DNA of 64,000 bases from Mobula hypostoma. Lineage: Eukaryota. The notes below the pieces were generated by a model. The model ran no database searches and had not been told where the DNA came from. It saw only the letters and a program-made list of their open reading frames with translations. Shown piece after piece: positions 13,515 through 26,871 of the stretch (positions are counted from its first letter, which is position 1; each line of letters starts with the position of its first letter). Location: positions 19,532,001-19,596,000 of the forward strand of contig NC_086109.1 of the NCBI RefSeq assembly GCF_963921235.1, in the 5' to 3' direction. The translations under genes were made by a program, and so were the position numbers.

Positions 13515-13925
13515 CATTTACAATGCAAGTTAAAAACTAAACAGTATAACACTACTGGCACTTTGTAAGTGAAGAGACATGGGTTGTGGCAGAGAGTTCA
13601 GTAGTCTCACAGACTGGGAGAAGAAGCTGTTTTTCATCCTATCAGTCCTTGTCCTAATGCTATGGTGCTTCCTGAATGACGGTGATGGGGTGGGTGTCAA
13701 AGAGATAGTGGGACGGATGGGAGGGATCCTTAACAATGCATATGCAGCACTCCTATTAAATATCTCGGATGAGTGGAAGAGAGACCCCCTATGATTCTCT
13801 CAGCAGTCCGTGCAATACTTTGTAGGGTTTTGCATTTAGATGCCTTGCAGATCCTGTACCAGATGGCTTTGCAGCTGGTCAAGACACTCTCACTGGTGTT
13901 CCTGTAAAAATTGATTAGAATGGAG
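13515..13925 (-). mobile_element. Rex1/Babar-like LINE 3' fragment
   Basis: LINFYRNTSESVLTSC...RTAERIIG and IRTRTDRMKNSFFSQSVRLLN. Confidence 0.8.
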
Positions 13926-14534
13926 GGGATACCATATGAGTTCATTGGCAATATGTATCTTGAAAGTGGTTGTGAGAAGACAAAAGGGGGAAATATCATT
14001 AAGTCTGACCATAATGCCATGACAGTATCAAAGCTTATACATGAAGAAAGCTTGAGTGAAGTATCAAAGGATACTTGGTAGAATTAATAATCCCCTAATT
14101 TAAGGAGGTAATTGAAGAGAGTCAAAAGAAAAGAACTGAGGTGGGTGCTGATGTGAATGATATTCTGTCTGATAATGTACAGTGCATGTACAACAGCTGG
14201 AAACAAATGAATTGTCAAATTTCAACTGCTCATAAATCTATCTCGAGGCCAAAAACCCAAAGGCAAAAGAAACCAAACTCTAATAGGGGAAGACTAACAG
14301 TGCTGAGGATATTGAAATAGAACAATGTCAAATATAATTGATCATACCTTCTCTAAATGATGAAACAGAAACTAAAATAGCTGCACTCAACTCTGGGGAA
14401 CGTTGATAGACGAGTGAGAGTGTCATATGTATAACAGATGAAATCCAAAGCAGGGAGGTGTGAAGTCGTACATTTTGATGCAAAGAGTGACAAAAGGAAA
14501 TGTAAACAAGCTTGTATTCCTCTACAATGGTGAG

Positions 14535-15165
14535 CTCAGAGCTTCCGATGAGACCTCCTTACTTTGGTGAGACCCATTGTAGATTGAGGGACTGCTTCAT
14601 TAAGCACTTCCACACCATCCGCCACAAGCAGGACTTCCCGGTTCCCATTCCAACATGTAGGTCCATGGCCTCCTCTTGTGCGAAGATGAGGCCACCCTCA
14701 GGGTGGAGGAGTAACACTTTATATTCTGTCTGGGTAGCCTCCAACCTGCTAGCATGAATCTCAATTTCCCCTTCTGGTGCACGATTTCCCTCCTCCCACG
14801 CCCCCCCCCCACCTCCCCATTCCCTAATCTGACCTTTAACTTCCTCTCAGCTGTATATTACTCTACCCCGCCCCCCCCCCCGCACCCGGTCCTCTCCTCC
14901 TCCCCTTCCTCTCATTGTCCTCTCTCTTCTTCCAAAAGCCCTTGACTTTCCCCACCCACCTGGCTTCACCTGTCACCTTCCAGCTAGCCTCTTTACCATC
15001 CCCCCATATTTTTATTCTGGCATCTTCCCCCTTCCTTCTCAGTCCTGATGAAGGGTCAACTGTTCACTCTTTTCCATAGATGCTGCCTGACCTGTTGAGT
15101 TCCTCCAGCATTTTGTGTGTGTTGCTTTGGATTTCCAGCATCTGCGGACTTCCTCATGTTTGTGG
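14535..15165 (+). mobile_element. Degenerate Penelope-like element 3' part (GIY-YIG remnant and 3'UTR)
   Basis: YFGETHCRLRDCFIKH aligns by eye with YIGETRRRLGDRFIEH; the hammerhead is internally deleted (agtcctgatgaagggtcaactg). Confidence 0.85.
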
Positions 15166-15199
15166 TATACTTGTGTATTTTATTTTTATTGTTAATTTT

Positions 15200-15412
15200 T
15201 ATTGGAACACACTGCCCAGGAACCCCTGATTTAACCCTAATAATGGGACAATGACAATGGCCAATTAACCTATCAATGGTTACATCTTTGGACAGTGGCA
15301 GAGTGGGAGGAAACTGGAGCACTTGGGAGGAAACTCACGCGGTCATGGGGAGAAAGTACAAACTCCTTATAGACAGTGGCTGGAACTGAACCCAGGTCGT
15401 TGGTGCTGTAAA
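15200..15412 (-). mobile_element. HE1/V-SINE-like SINE
   Basis: ggaggaaactggagcac...catggggagaaagtacaaactccttatagacag matches the other copies. Confidence 0.7.
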
Positions 15413-16216
15413 TTGCCATGCACGTATTTTTTGACAGGGAATGGACAAGTTAATCCAAGCAGGAATAAGATCAAAAAGAAAATCTGCTCTGGAGAAGGGA
15501 ATGTTAGAGCAGCATGCTGCTTTTTGGAAGTGTAAGTGGATGAATACAAAGAGTAATCTGTTTTAGTGCACTCTTTTCAATCTTACAGTGGTAATAAATA
15601 GAGATATTAGTAGAGATAACAGCTCGGAAAAAGAACTGTTTTGTAAGAGGGTGCTAATAGCAGAGTTGGAGAGACATAGAGGAATAAAAGAATTAGATTG
15701 AGACTGTCCACCCAAATTATTAAGAGAAACAGTTCAGCTCTTCTAAAGAATAAGTGGTCTAACAACCCATCTCCCCCTTAAACTCCCCCTTACATTCTCT
15801 TGCTTGCTGTATTTTAGAAAAACTCACTCTAGTTTTCAAATCCCCATCTGTTTTGTTCATAATCTCCTATTTAAGCCTTATAATTCTGCCAGAAGTCAAC
15901 ACTCCTTTAAATCCAGCCTTTGCATCATCCCAGGTTTTAATCCCTTTGACTTTGTTTAATGTGCCTTCAGCCTCTTTTACCCTCAGATTAATTCAAGTGG
16001 GTCAGTGTCAGTCTTTGTCTAACAGTGCAGCTGTAAAATACTCTGAAGATATTGGGGGTGATAAACACGCAGTGGCTACTTTATTAGGTACCTCCTGCAC
16101 CCAATAATCTGGCCACTGAGTGCATGTTCATAGTCTTCTCTGCTGTAGACCATCCACTTCAAGGTTCGATGTGTTGTGTGTTCAGAAATGCTCTTCTGCA
16201 CACCACTGTTGTAACG

Positions 16217-17895
16217 TAAGACCATAAGATATAGGAGCAGAATTAGGCCATTTGACCCTTTGAGTCTGCTCTGCCATTTCATCACAGCTGATCCAATTTT
16301 TCTCTCAACTCCAATCTCCTGCCTTCTCCCTGTATCCTTTCATGCCCTGACCAACCAAGAATTTATCGACCTCTGCCTTAAATATACATAAAGACATGGC
16401 CTCCACAGCTGTCTGCGACAAAGAATTCCACAGATTCACCACCCTCTCACCAAAGAAATTCCTCCTCATCTCTGTTCTAAAAGGACATCCCTCTATTCTG
16501 AGGACGTATCCTCTGGTCTTCGACTTTCTCAGCATAGGAAACATCCTCTCCACGTCCACCCTATTGATGGCTTTCACCATTCGATAGGTTTCAAAGAGGT
16601 CAGCACTCATTCTTCTAAATTCTAGTGAATACAGGACCAGAGCTATCAGGCGCTCTTCATAAAATAAGCCATTCAATCCTGGAAATATTTTCATAAACTT
16701 CCTTTGAACCCTCTCCAGTTTAGCACATCTAAATAAGATAAGGAGCCCAAACCTGCTCACAGTAGGGGAATTAAAGGTTATGGAGATAAGGCAGGTAGGT
16801 GGATCTTATTGAATGGCAGAGCAGGCTCAATGGGCCAGATGGCCTACTCTTGCTCCTATTTCTTATGTTCTTATCACAACCCTGGAAGTCCTGCCCTTTA
16901 ACTTAGCACCTAACTCCCTGAACTCCCTATGCAGAGTCTCGTCACTCGTCCTACCCATGTCATTAGTACCTACATGGACCACGACTTCTGGCTCTTCACC
17001 TTCCACTTAAGAATGCTGAGGACTTGACCTGGGATATCCTGGACCCTGGCACCCAGGAGGCAACATATCATCTGGGAATCTCGTTCACACCCACAGAACT
17101 TCCTGTCCATTCCCCTAACTAACGAATTCCCTATCACCATAGCATGCCTCTTCTTCCCATCGGAGTCACAGAGGCAGACTCAATGTCAGAGAGCCAACCA
17201 TTATGATTTCCCTCTGTTAGATCACCACGCCGCCCCCCCCCCCACCTGATGGTATCCAGAATGATATACCTGTTGTTGAGGGGGATAGCCACAGGAGTAC
17301 TCTGCACTGGCTCCTTAACCCCGTTCCCCTTCCTGACTATCACCCATTTGCCTGTGTCCTGCACCTTGGGTGTAACTATCTCTCTATATGTCCTATCTAT
17401 CATCCCTTCAGCCTCTCAAATGATCTGGAGCTCATCCAGTTCCAGCTCCAACTCATTAACATGGCTTGTTAGAAGCTGCAGCTGGATGCACCTCTCACAG
17501 ACAGATGTAGTGGTCGAGGACACTGGAGGTCTCCTTGCCTTCCCACATCCCGCAAGAGGAGCATTGCACTATCCTGCCTGCCATCCCTGCCTAGCTGTGA
17601 AGAAGGAAAAAAACTTGTGCTTTTCTTCTTCTAAGTGAAGCCTCTCTTAGCTGAAGACCCAAAGAGCTAAAGCCTTAAGATCACCACTGTATGTCCACTC
17701 AGACAATGGCCACTATGCTTCCCCGCCTCCTTTTAATTTGTTCCTAATAATTAGTCCCAAACGCTAATGGGCCGCTGGTCAAAGCTCTGTGAACCGCTCC
17801 TGCCTTTTATCCTTGGGTGGAGGAGCTTCTTGAAGTCCCCTCCTTTCCAAAGTTCCAAAGTCCGAATTGGCTGCTGGTCAAAGCTCTAACCACAC
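16217..17895 (-). mobile_element. Internally deleted CR1 (5'UTR + ORF1 joined to ORF2 3' end) with a short opposite-strand 3' piece at ~16763-16872
   Basis: ORF 16305-16760 is the CR1 ORF2 C-terminus; 16873-17585 is ORF1; the middle piece ends in cttatgttcttat on +. Confidence 0.85.
16873..17585 (-). pseudogene. CR1 ORF1 remnant: Cys zinc finger, coiled coil and SGNH esterase
   Basis: Reverse translations VQCSSCGMWE, LELELDELQII, VIGNSLVRG..FCG (GDS block) and VHVGTNDMG (GTND block); disrupted by stops and frameshifts. Confidence 0.8.
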
Positions 17896-19774
17896 ACATG
17901 TGGTTACTTGAGTTACTGTCACCCTCATGTCATCTTGAACCAGTCTAACCATTCTCCTCTGACCTCTGTCATTAACAAAGCATTTTCGCCCACAGAACTG
18001 CCACTCACTGGATGTTTTTTTCACACTGTTCTCTGCAAATTCTGTAGACTATTGTGCATGAAAATCCCAGAGTTCAGCAGTTACTCAAACCACCCTGTCT
18101 GGCACCAAAATATTTCCACAGTTAAGTCAATCAGATCCCATTTCTTCCTTGCTCTGAGGTTTTGCCTGAGCAACAACTAAACCTTTTGACTGTGTCTGCA
18201 TGCTTTTATGCATTGAATTGCTGCCACATGATTGGCTGATTAGATATTTGCATTAACGAACAAGTGTGCAGTGTACTTAATAAGGTGGCCACTGAGTGTA
18301 ATAAAATTAATTAAGTTGTGCAAACAGAGAGCAAAAATAGTGAGGTAGTATTCAAGGGTTCATTGTCTGTTCAGAAATCTGATGGCAGAGGGGAAGAGGC
18401 TGTTCCTAAATTATTGAGTACATGTCTTCAGGCTCACTCGGATAGTGTTGTTATGCTGAATAATACTTTATCAACAGCTCAGTGGGACATTTAGCCAGTC
18501 ACAGCTACCGATCCATCTATGTGCATCAAAGACCCAGCAATATACCATACATTCCAATTCAACGAAGTTTCATAGGTAAAATCCAAAAGATTCACAGAGG
18601 AAAATACTGAGGGATGCTTTCATATCCACCTTGAAAAGTCAAGGTCAAATTCATTGTCATATGAACAAATACCTTTACACACAGGGGCAGCACAGGCACA
18701 TAGCTTCAGATACAAAACATTCACAAATTCTACAAAATCCTCAATTATATCTTATTATATTAAATTATGCAACATCCCACTGACTCTTGGGAGTCACTAA
18801 CCCATGACTACCCAAAGGTGGGAATGACCACTCAGGATTTAGAACGTCGAGGCATACAGAAACCCTGGATAAGCAGTGGAAGGAGTGCACTGCCTCACCA
18901 GTCACCTACAGTACCTAACTGCTGGATCCAGTCCTATTGATCCAGGGTTCTTTGGAAGTCGAGAATGAGGCATAATTGGTGGTTACGGCCGTTTTATTAA
19001 GTGTTACAAGAACCAAGAACAAGTGAAAGAATGCAAAGATAAAGAACTTGTGACTGTCTCATACTCAGACTAGAGAAAACAGCACAGTCCATTGATAAGA
19101 TTTAATCTATGAAAGAGCCAGATGAAAGTGGCATAACACCTGCTGCAGGAAAACTGAGAAGCTTTTGGAAAGTAGAGAATCGGCTCTATTACAATTATTA
19201 GGAAACTGATATTGGTGATAATATATAAATTGTAAGCCAGAGGGGGCTGAACGTCATAATACTACCTCTATACCTTTTGTTCTTGACTAAGATAAAGAAG
19301 ACTGCTACGAGTCCATGTACATGCACAAAATGGATTCATGTCAACATTAAAATATATTAGGGAAAGCTGATGTCCATTCAATACACATGATGCTGGTGAA
19401 TAAAGTTCCCATAGAGAAAAACAGAGGGTGACACCTTTCCTGGCACATCAAATAAACATCATTAACAGGTCTTGACTGCTGGGGAAAATTCCATTCCCAT
19501 TACACTACCCATCCCACTACCTTCTAGGGCTGCACATCAGGGGTGCAGTTTCAGACGATTTGTCTGATCTTTCCCCAATACAATTAAGGAATGCAAGGAA
19601 GAAACTACATTTATACTGTGTCTTCCAAGGCCACCCAATGGCCTGAGGTTCGTGCTCCATTTCATTGGGAAAACATACATCACGCGTATTCACAGTAAAA
19701 ACATCAGTGCTAAAGTGTTGAATATAATTACAACCTAATCAGCCATTTATAACAGGAAAATGAAAATAAAAAAG

Positions 19775-20005
19775 ATGAAGACATTGGAAATATGAAATAA
19801 AAATTGAAACTCCTGGAAACACTCAGTTGGTCAGGCAGCATCTACAGAAAGAGAAACAGAGCCAATGTTTTAGCTTGAAGACCTGTTGTAAGAATTCAAA
19901 CAAAGATTCCTTAGCATAGGGTCTTCAAATTGAAAGATTAATTTTGTTTCATTTGTGCTGCCCAAGCTGTTGAGTGTTTCAAGCTTTCTATTTTTTTTAT
20001 TTTTG
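19775..20005. mobile_element. Short fold-back Penelope-like 3'-end element
   Basis: gaaacactca...gcagca...ttgaagacc is mirrored by ggtcttcaa...tgctgc...tgagtgtttc. Confidence 0.65.
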
Positions 20006-20409
20006 CTAAGGCTTTCTCTATGCTTAATCACAATTTTCTTTTCAATATTGCATGGAATGCTATCCAATCAAATCTAATGATGGGATCTGAGACATTGAGG
20101 CAAGAGAGAATCAGCAGTATCATCTTGTGTGATTGCATCAAGCAAACTCATCAATACTTGCCCCATCTTCCCACGTTAACAACAGACGTAAGTGTTCAAC
20201 AACACAGGAACATTGACTGCAGATGTTTCTCTGTATTGGAGTTCATTACTCTGAGGAATGAATTGATTACATTTCACTTTGTAACCACCAGGATCTATCA
20301 ATTTTGTAATCAATGTGACAAAGGCAAAATAGAATGATATTTGATATAATAGCTTTCCCTCCCTTTATCAGCTTTGGTTTCTTTATGTTGAGCACGATTC
20401 AGTTGAACT

Positions 20410-20600
20410 GGTGTTCAGGAGGCCTGTGTGGCACTGAAGGAGTGCTACACCTCCAACGAAACCTGTTTCACTGAGTTCAGCTAAAGATCTCACAGCCACA
20501 ATGTAACCATATCAAGGCTACTGAGGAATATCAGTGACTGAAGAACCTTGGGCATTGTGTGGCCTTGGAAGGCGCCATATAAATGCAAGTTCTTCTGTGC
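20410..20600 (+). mobile_element. Deu-domain SINE remnant (SacSINE1/AmnSINE1-like)
   Basis: cactgaaggagtgctacac...aaagatctcacagccac...aaggcgccatataaatgcaagttctt. Confidence 0.55.
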
Positions 20601-20789
20601 TTTCTTTAAGCTGTATTGGCAATAAATCGTCTGAAACAGAATTCTTAATATGCAGCCCTAGCAGGTGTCCCACCTTTATGCAAATAGTCTCTCTATCTCA
20701 CCCAAGATTTAAGATTTAAGATTCAAAATTGTTACTCGTCATTCTTCGATCCACAAGTGTAAAGGAAAACACAATGATTGTTACATCTT

Positions 20790-21152
20790 CAAAAAGTGAT
20801 ACCTCCAAAAGATGGCACCCTACATAATGGACCCCTTTCACCCAGGATATGCCCTCTTCACATTGCTACCATCAGAGGTGGGTTTTGAAGCCTGAAGACA
20901 CTCTCAACATTTTAGAACCAGCTTTTGCCCCTCCACCATCAGATTTCTGAATGGATAATAAACCAACAAATGAACAACATCTCACTATTTTTGGCTCTAT
21001 TTTTGCAGTACGTATTTAATTTAATTTTATATGCTTTATATACAGTATAGATTTCCTATTTTAATTTATAGCTTTTTTTATTGTGCTGCTGCTGCAAAAC
21101 AAGTTTCATGACATATGCCAGTGATAGTAAACCTGCTTCTAACTCTGATTCT
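20790..21152 (+). mobile_element. Rex1/Babar-like LINE 3' fragment
   Basis: cacccaggatatgccctcttcacattgctaccatcag...; aaacctgcttctaactctgattct tail. Confidence 0.7.
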
Positions 21153-21544
21153 AATTATTTCAGATCCAATGCAGCATCAAAAAACACGATAGGCATAAAT
21201 AATACAATAACTTTAAATATACAACCAATCTGATAAAACAAAATCTACAAGTAACTGTTGTGAGTGTGGCCATATATATGTAAGATTACCTTATATACAT
21301 AGACAGATCGTATGTACTGTACATAAAGTGATACTGGGTGCAATAGTATCTGAACATAAAGTATTTTTGGGTAGTAGCATGGCATATGAAAACTAAATTG
21401 ACTTCCAGCCCTATTAAGTATATATAAGGAACTTGTTTTTCTATTTGGAGAATAGCAAAGGAGAGCTCTCTTTAAATTCAGCAACTTTAAATTCCTCACT
21501 GTTATCCTTTCAATGGATCTATCCTGGGTCTAGCGTGTAAGTGC

Positions 21545-22240
21545 CATTACAAAGAAACACCCTTACTTTCTTAGAAGTTTGTGTAGATTTGGCATATCCC
21601 CTAAAACTTTGACCCACTTCTACAGTTGTGTGGTAGGGAGTATATTGACTGGTTGCATCACAGCCTGATATGAAACACCAATGCCCCTGAGAGGAAAAGC
21701 CTACAGAAGGTAATGGATACAGCCCAGTCCATCATGGGTAAAGCCCTCACCATCACTGAGCATATCTACGTGGAGTGCTGTTGCAGGAAATCAGCTTCTA
21801 TCATCAGGGACCACCTTAATCTTGGCCGTGGTCTCTTCTCGCTTCTGCCATCAGGAAGGAGGTACAGGAGCACAGGAACCACACACCAGGTTCAGAAACA
21901 ATTACTACCCCTCAACAATCAGGCCAGATAGGATAAGTTGCTCAATTTTACTCACCTCAACACTGAACTAAACACAACTTATGTACTCACTTTCAATAAT
22001 TCTTCATCTCACGTTCTTGATATTTATTGCTTATTTATTTAATTTTCTTTCTTTTTGTATTTCCACAGTTTGTTGTCTTTCGTACATTTGCTGTTTGTTT
22101 GCCTTATGTGCAGCCTTTTATTGACTCTATTGTGTTTCTTTGTATTTACTGCGAATTCCCACAAGAAAATGAATCTCAGGGCTCTATATGGTGACATACT
22201 GTATATGCACTTTGTTAGTAATAAATTTACTTTGAACTTC
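21545..22240 (+). mobile_element. Rex1/Babar-like LINE 3' fragment
   Basis: ORF 21713-21931 (DTAQSIMG...LFSLLPSGRRYRS); 3'UTR ends tttactttgaac. Confidence 0.85.
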
Positions 22241-22512
22241 ATTTTCCAGACCAATGCAAACCAGACATCTATTTCACTATTGAAGGAGCTGCTTATGTAA
22301 CTGAGAAAGAGCAAAGCCCTAATCAGAGTCCAAATGAAGGAACCATGCCTTCTAGAGTGTGGCTTAAAGAAACATATCTATGCTTTCAATGAAGGGAAAA
22401 CCAAAGAAAATAATAATGGACCAGAAATATTTTTCTTTTAAAATAAAAACAGAAAGTATTTGAAATACCCAGCAGGTCAAATGCAGCTACGTAGAGACAA
22501 TGTTTCAGGTCT

Positions 22513-22866
22513 GAAACCTATCAAATATTGAAAGGCCTCAACAGAGTGGATATGGAGAGGATGTTTCCTAAGGTGGGGAAGTATAGGATCAGAGGGCACA
22601 GATTCAGAATAGAGGGACGTCCATTTAGAACGGAATTGAGGAGGAATTTCTTCAGCCAGAGAGCGTAGAATCTGTGGAAGCAAAGTCATTGGGTATATTT
22701 AAGGCAGAGATTGATAGATTCGTGATTAGTCAGGGCATGAAAGGATACGGGGAGAAGGCAGGAGATCAGGGCAGAAAGGGAAAGGGATCAGCCATGATGA
22801 AATGGCGGAGCAGACTCAATGAGCCAAATGGTGTAATTTTGCTCCTATATCTTATGGTCTTATGTT
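22513..22866 (+). mobile_element. CR1 3' fragment inserted into a fold-back PLE remnant (~22445-22940)
   Basis: CR1 C-terminus and cttatggtcttatg tail, flanked by opposite-orientation PLE tail halves. Confidence 0.75.
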
Positions 22867-23068
22867 CTGCTGAGAACTCCCAGACTGAAATGTTAACTGT
22901 TTCTCTTTCCCCCTGTATAGCACTATTTAAGTGAGTTTTTCTTTACTTCATGCAATGTCTAGCTCATTGGGGTTGAACTGCCATTTGATTTCTCAGCAGG
23001 GTTTGAGACTGAGTGAGAAAAGGAAGCTTCCCTTTATGGCATCGCCATGCCAAACCAGAGCTATTCAT

Positions 23069-23606
23069 CTTCTTCTTCGTCATGTGCCTTGCATGTTACA
23101 CAATTAGGCGATCCTGGCTTTCCTCATCGAACGATCCCACGCAGTGTCAATGATATCTCGCACACTTAGATCTGTTAGTTCTTTCACAGTGTCCATATAT
23201 TTTCTTCTTTGCCTTCTTCTTCCACATTTCCCAGGCATACAGCCTTGTAATGCAAGGCATTCTATTTCTCCCTTTCTGATGACATGGCCCAGGAATTTAA
23301 GTTTCCTCTCATTTAATGTTCTCATTAAAGATCTTTTTGTATGGGCACGTTGGAGTACTGTCTCATTAGTTGCTCTATCTCTATATGATATTTTCAGCAT
23401 TCTTCTAAGAAACCACATTTCTGTTGCTTCTAAGTTTCTTTGGAGTTCTGGTGTTATAGTCCATGTTTCGGAAGCATACAGCAAGATTGACCAGAGGTAA
23501 CATTTTAGTAGCCTAAGCCTTGTTGTTATAGAAATGTGACTGTTGGTAAAAATGGGTTTCATTTTTTGGAAGTTGGTTTTGGCAATGGCAATTCGTCTTT
23601 TTATTT
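23069..23606 (-). mobile_element. 5'-truncated RTE-clade LINE, open frame
   Basis: EIKRRIAIAK...LLYASETWT...EMWFLRRML...LKFLGHVIR; (GAA)n tail; candidate TSD ctattcat/ctatccat at 23061-23068 and 23607-23614. Confidence 0.9.
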
Positions 23607-25714
23607 CTATCCATAATCTACAGAAATAAGCAAAGAAACATACAGACTCAACACAATAGTCACCAATGTCATTTGTACATCACAGTGATATTTTAATCAA
23701 TCTGTTTTTTCAATATTATCACTAAGAACTTCCTTCTTTTAGAAGTCACCCCATCAGCATTATTCTGCTTCAATGTATTTGAGTCAAAGCAGTGTTGTCA
23801 ATATGTATAAAATCTGTCATCTTAATTTACGGGTCCATTAAAACACACTGTAACATTGATGGGTAATTTGTTTCTCTATTGAAATTGCATAGTCAGTTAA
23901 CAATGCTCTGAAATGCTTTTTTATGCTAGTTTTGTATGTACCAATTGAAGAACAAGACATCCTATTCTGATTACTCCACTTTTTTATGATCTGTTTATAC
24001 GTGAATGAGTGATGCAATAGGTTGGCAAAATGAAGATAAAGATTTAGCTGTGCATAATGCCTTTCATAATTTCAGTGCAAGTCACCAGGGAGATATAAGG
24101 ACTTTTAACTGGAGGAGTTTAAAGTCTCCACAAAGAGTTATGTTAACATCTTTTCGCAGGATAGCTACATTTCATTGATTTTATAAATCAGAGGAATGAA
24201 ATCAACCCCAACATTGAGAGCGAGGTCCGTGCATTTAAATTGTTGAGCCATGAAAAGCTTGTGTCACTAAAGCTGACAATGGAGTTATTAAATTGTTCAG
24301 GAATCAGTCGGGTTCTTTGAGGTCCAGCAGGGAAGGATCTCTGCCAGCCTTACCTGATATATAGCTCCAAATGAACAGCAATATGATCAATGTTTGACCC
24401 TCTCAAACATTAAATCTAATTGTCGCAGCAAGCTTCACTGCATGGGCTACACTATTTTGTGAGAGAGTTTTGCTTTCTCAGAGGCTGAGGACGAATATCC
24501 ACTCTAGTAATTTAGAAGCATGGCAGCCGGTTAGTACTGCAGGATCTCATATGGACAGTGATAATGACTGGATTACTTTTTTGTTTTGACATTGGTTGGG
24601 ACAGTGAGAGACTGTCTCCAGTTTATAAAGAGCAGGAGTCTATAGTATATGTGCTTGGCATGAATCAGTACTGTCCTGCTTTCTTCAGAGACTTCCTTGG
24701 ATGGGCAACTGCAGTATTGCTTCAGTAGAGTGGAATATTACAGGAGTAGGAATAAACCAATCAGCTTCTCAAGGTTTCTCTTCCATTCAGTAAGACCATG
24801 CCTGAACTACTGAACCTCATCTCCACTTTTCACTCTTTCCCTATTCCTTTTGACTCCCTTGTAGTTCAACTGACTGTCAATCTCTGCCTTGAATACTGCC
24901 TCTATATCCCTCTGGGGTAGAGGATTCCAAAGGTTTATGATCCTCTGTGAAAATAAGACCCTCCTCATCTTAGTGTTATATAGATGAGGAAGATCTGTTT
25001 ATTCTGAGATAAATTTGTACACCAGCCCCTTATTCTACATGTGTTCTCATGTCATAGAAGGAGGCCATTCATCTGATTGACTCCAAGCAGACCCATCTTC
25101 CACACTACTGAGCTGTGACCAAGTGGTGCTCACATGTCCATCATTTATACCGAGTATCCTCACTGGAGTAGTTTGACAATAGCCAGATAATCCACTAGCT
25201 ACCATATCTTTGAGATACAGAAGGGAATCACAGCACCCAAGGGTAACCTATGTTGTCATGGGGAGAACATGGCAGACAAGACTCAATGGGCAGAATGGTC
25301 TATTTCTATTCCTATATCTTATAGCCTTATGGTATCCTAGGAATCGGCCTGGTGAACTTTCCATGCACTCCATCTGATATATGGATATTATTGTCTCAAT
25401 ATGGAGACCAAAACTGTATATGAATGTAGTCTCACCACTGCTCTCTAAAGATTTCCTAATCTTACCCTTACAACAAAGCTGATCTTTTCTTTAGGATTCC
25501 CTGTCACTTGCTATACCCGCAAGATAACGTCTGTGTTATATTTACCAGACCTCCAGATCCCTCTGCATGCAACATTTTGCCATTTCATTTTGAAATAAGA
25601 AGTGCTTCATGTTGGATAACACTTTGGCACACCAGTGGTAGTTGGTTTTAACACTGGGTCAGCAAGCTAGACAAATGTCCCATTCATCAGAACTGGAATC
25701 TCTCATTCTGGGTC

Positions 25715-26100
25715 TCATTCTGATATGGAAACACCCATGCCCAAGAACAGGGAGGTCTACAAAAAGTGGTGGGCACAGCCCAGTCCTTCAGAGGAAAAGC
25801 CCTCCCTGACACTGAGCACATCTTCAAGAAAGCAGCATCCATCGTTAAGGATCCCCACCATCCAGGCTGTGCTCTCTTCTCACTACTGAATTGAGAATGA
25901 GGTACAGGAGCCTCAGGTCCCACACCACCAGGTTCAGGAGCAGTTATTACCCTTCAACCATCAGGCTCCTGAGCCAGCATGGGTAACTCCACTCACCTCA
26001 ACACTGAACTGATTCCGCAGCCTATTGACTCACTTTCATGTGGACTCTACAACTCATGTTCTCAGTATTTACTTATTTGTTTGTTTGTTTGTTTGTTATT
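25715..26100 (+). mobile_element. Rex1/Babar-like LINE 3' fragment
   Basis: aaagcagcatccatcgttaaggatccccaccatccagg...accaccaggttcaggagcagttattaccc. Confidence 0.8.
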
Positions 26101-26109
26101 TTTATTTTT

Positions 26110-26630
26110 CTCAGCTTAACCTGGTAAAACCTGAGGTACAGTACAGGCATAACCAAGCACACTCATTTTTCAATTGCTAGGAACTTTCAGACTACTCTAG
26201 TGATGTTTAGTACTATAGCTTTCTGAAGACTTACATAAATATTGCTGTATAGGCCTAATTGCTTAGGGCTATTGTATAGTAACTTTGCGATGATACCAGT
26301 TGTAGATATTACAATTGGGACGATGTATATACCCTGTTCATGTTCCATAGTCTTTCAATCTCTCTTTTAATTCAGCATATTTCTGGTTTTTGTCACTTAC
26401 TGATTTCTGTATATTATGTGTGTTTGGAATAGTAATATCTATTAAGTTGTTCTTGCTTGCTTATCCTGTAATATTATATCCAGATGGTTATTGTGGATTG
26501 TCCTAACTGTAATAATGGATCAGTCATAAAATAATTTGTAGGACTCTGGCTATAAAACTGGATCAGGCTTGTATTTATAGTAAGGTATGGTGTCTTTCAT
26601 GAATTTGTATTTTAAAGCAAGATTTTTACT
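26110..26630 (-). mobile_element. R4/Dong-clade non-LTR retrotransposon 3' remnant (restriction-like endonuclease)
   Basis: Manual reverse translation across stops and frameshifts: PYYKYKPDPVL..KLFYD*SIITVRTIHNNHLDII..LIDITIPNTHN..KYAELKE..IERLWNM..IVPIVISTTGII..LQKAIVLNITRVV*KFL. Confidence 0.8.
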
Positions 26631-26871
26631 CCTGATTTGATGCAACATAAAATAAAACAAACTAGCATTAAAAAACACAATAAAAAGCACAATAACATTG
26701 AAAATAAAAGCAATCCTTTAAATCACAAAGTACAAGCAACTGTTACAGATGTAGACTGATTGTATTGTAGATAAGGTGGTGCTTGGTAATGTGTCTATAG
26801 TGCTGGTGGGGGCAGTAGTGAGGTGGGTTAATGGGTGGAGGTGTTGAATAGCTTGATGGCTTGTGAAAATT

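Larger units (their letters stand above)
16066..18298 (-). mobile_element. Tc1-derived MITE split by a CR1 composite insertion
   Basis: MITE sequence stops at 16216 and resumes near 17896; TIRs at both ends, TA after 18298. Confidence 0.9.
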
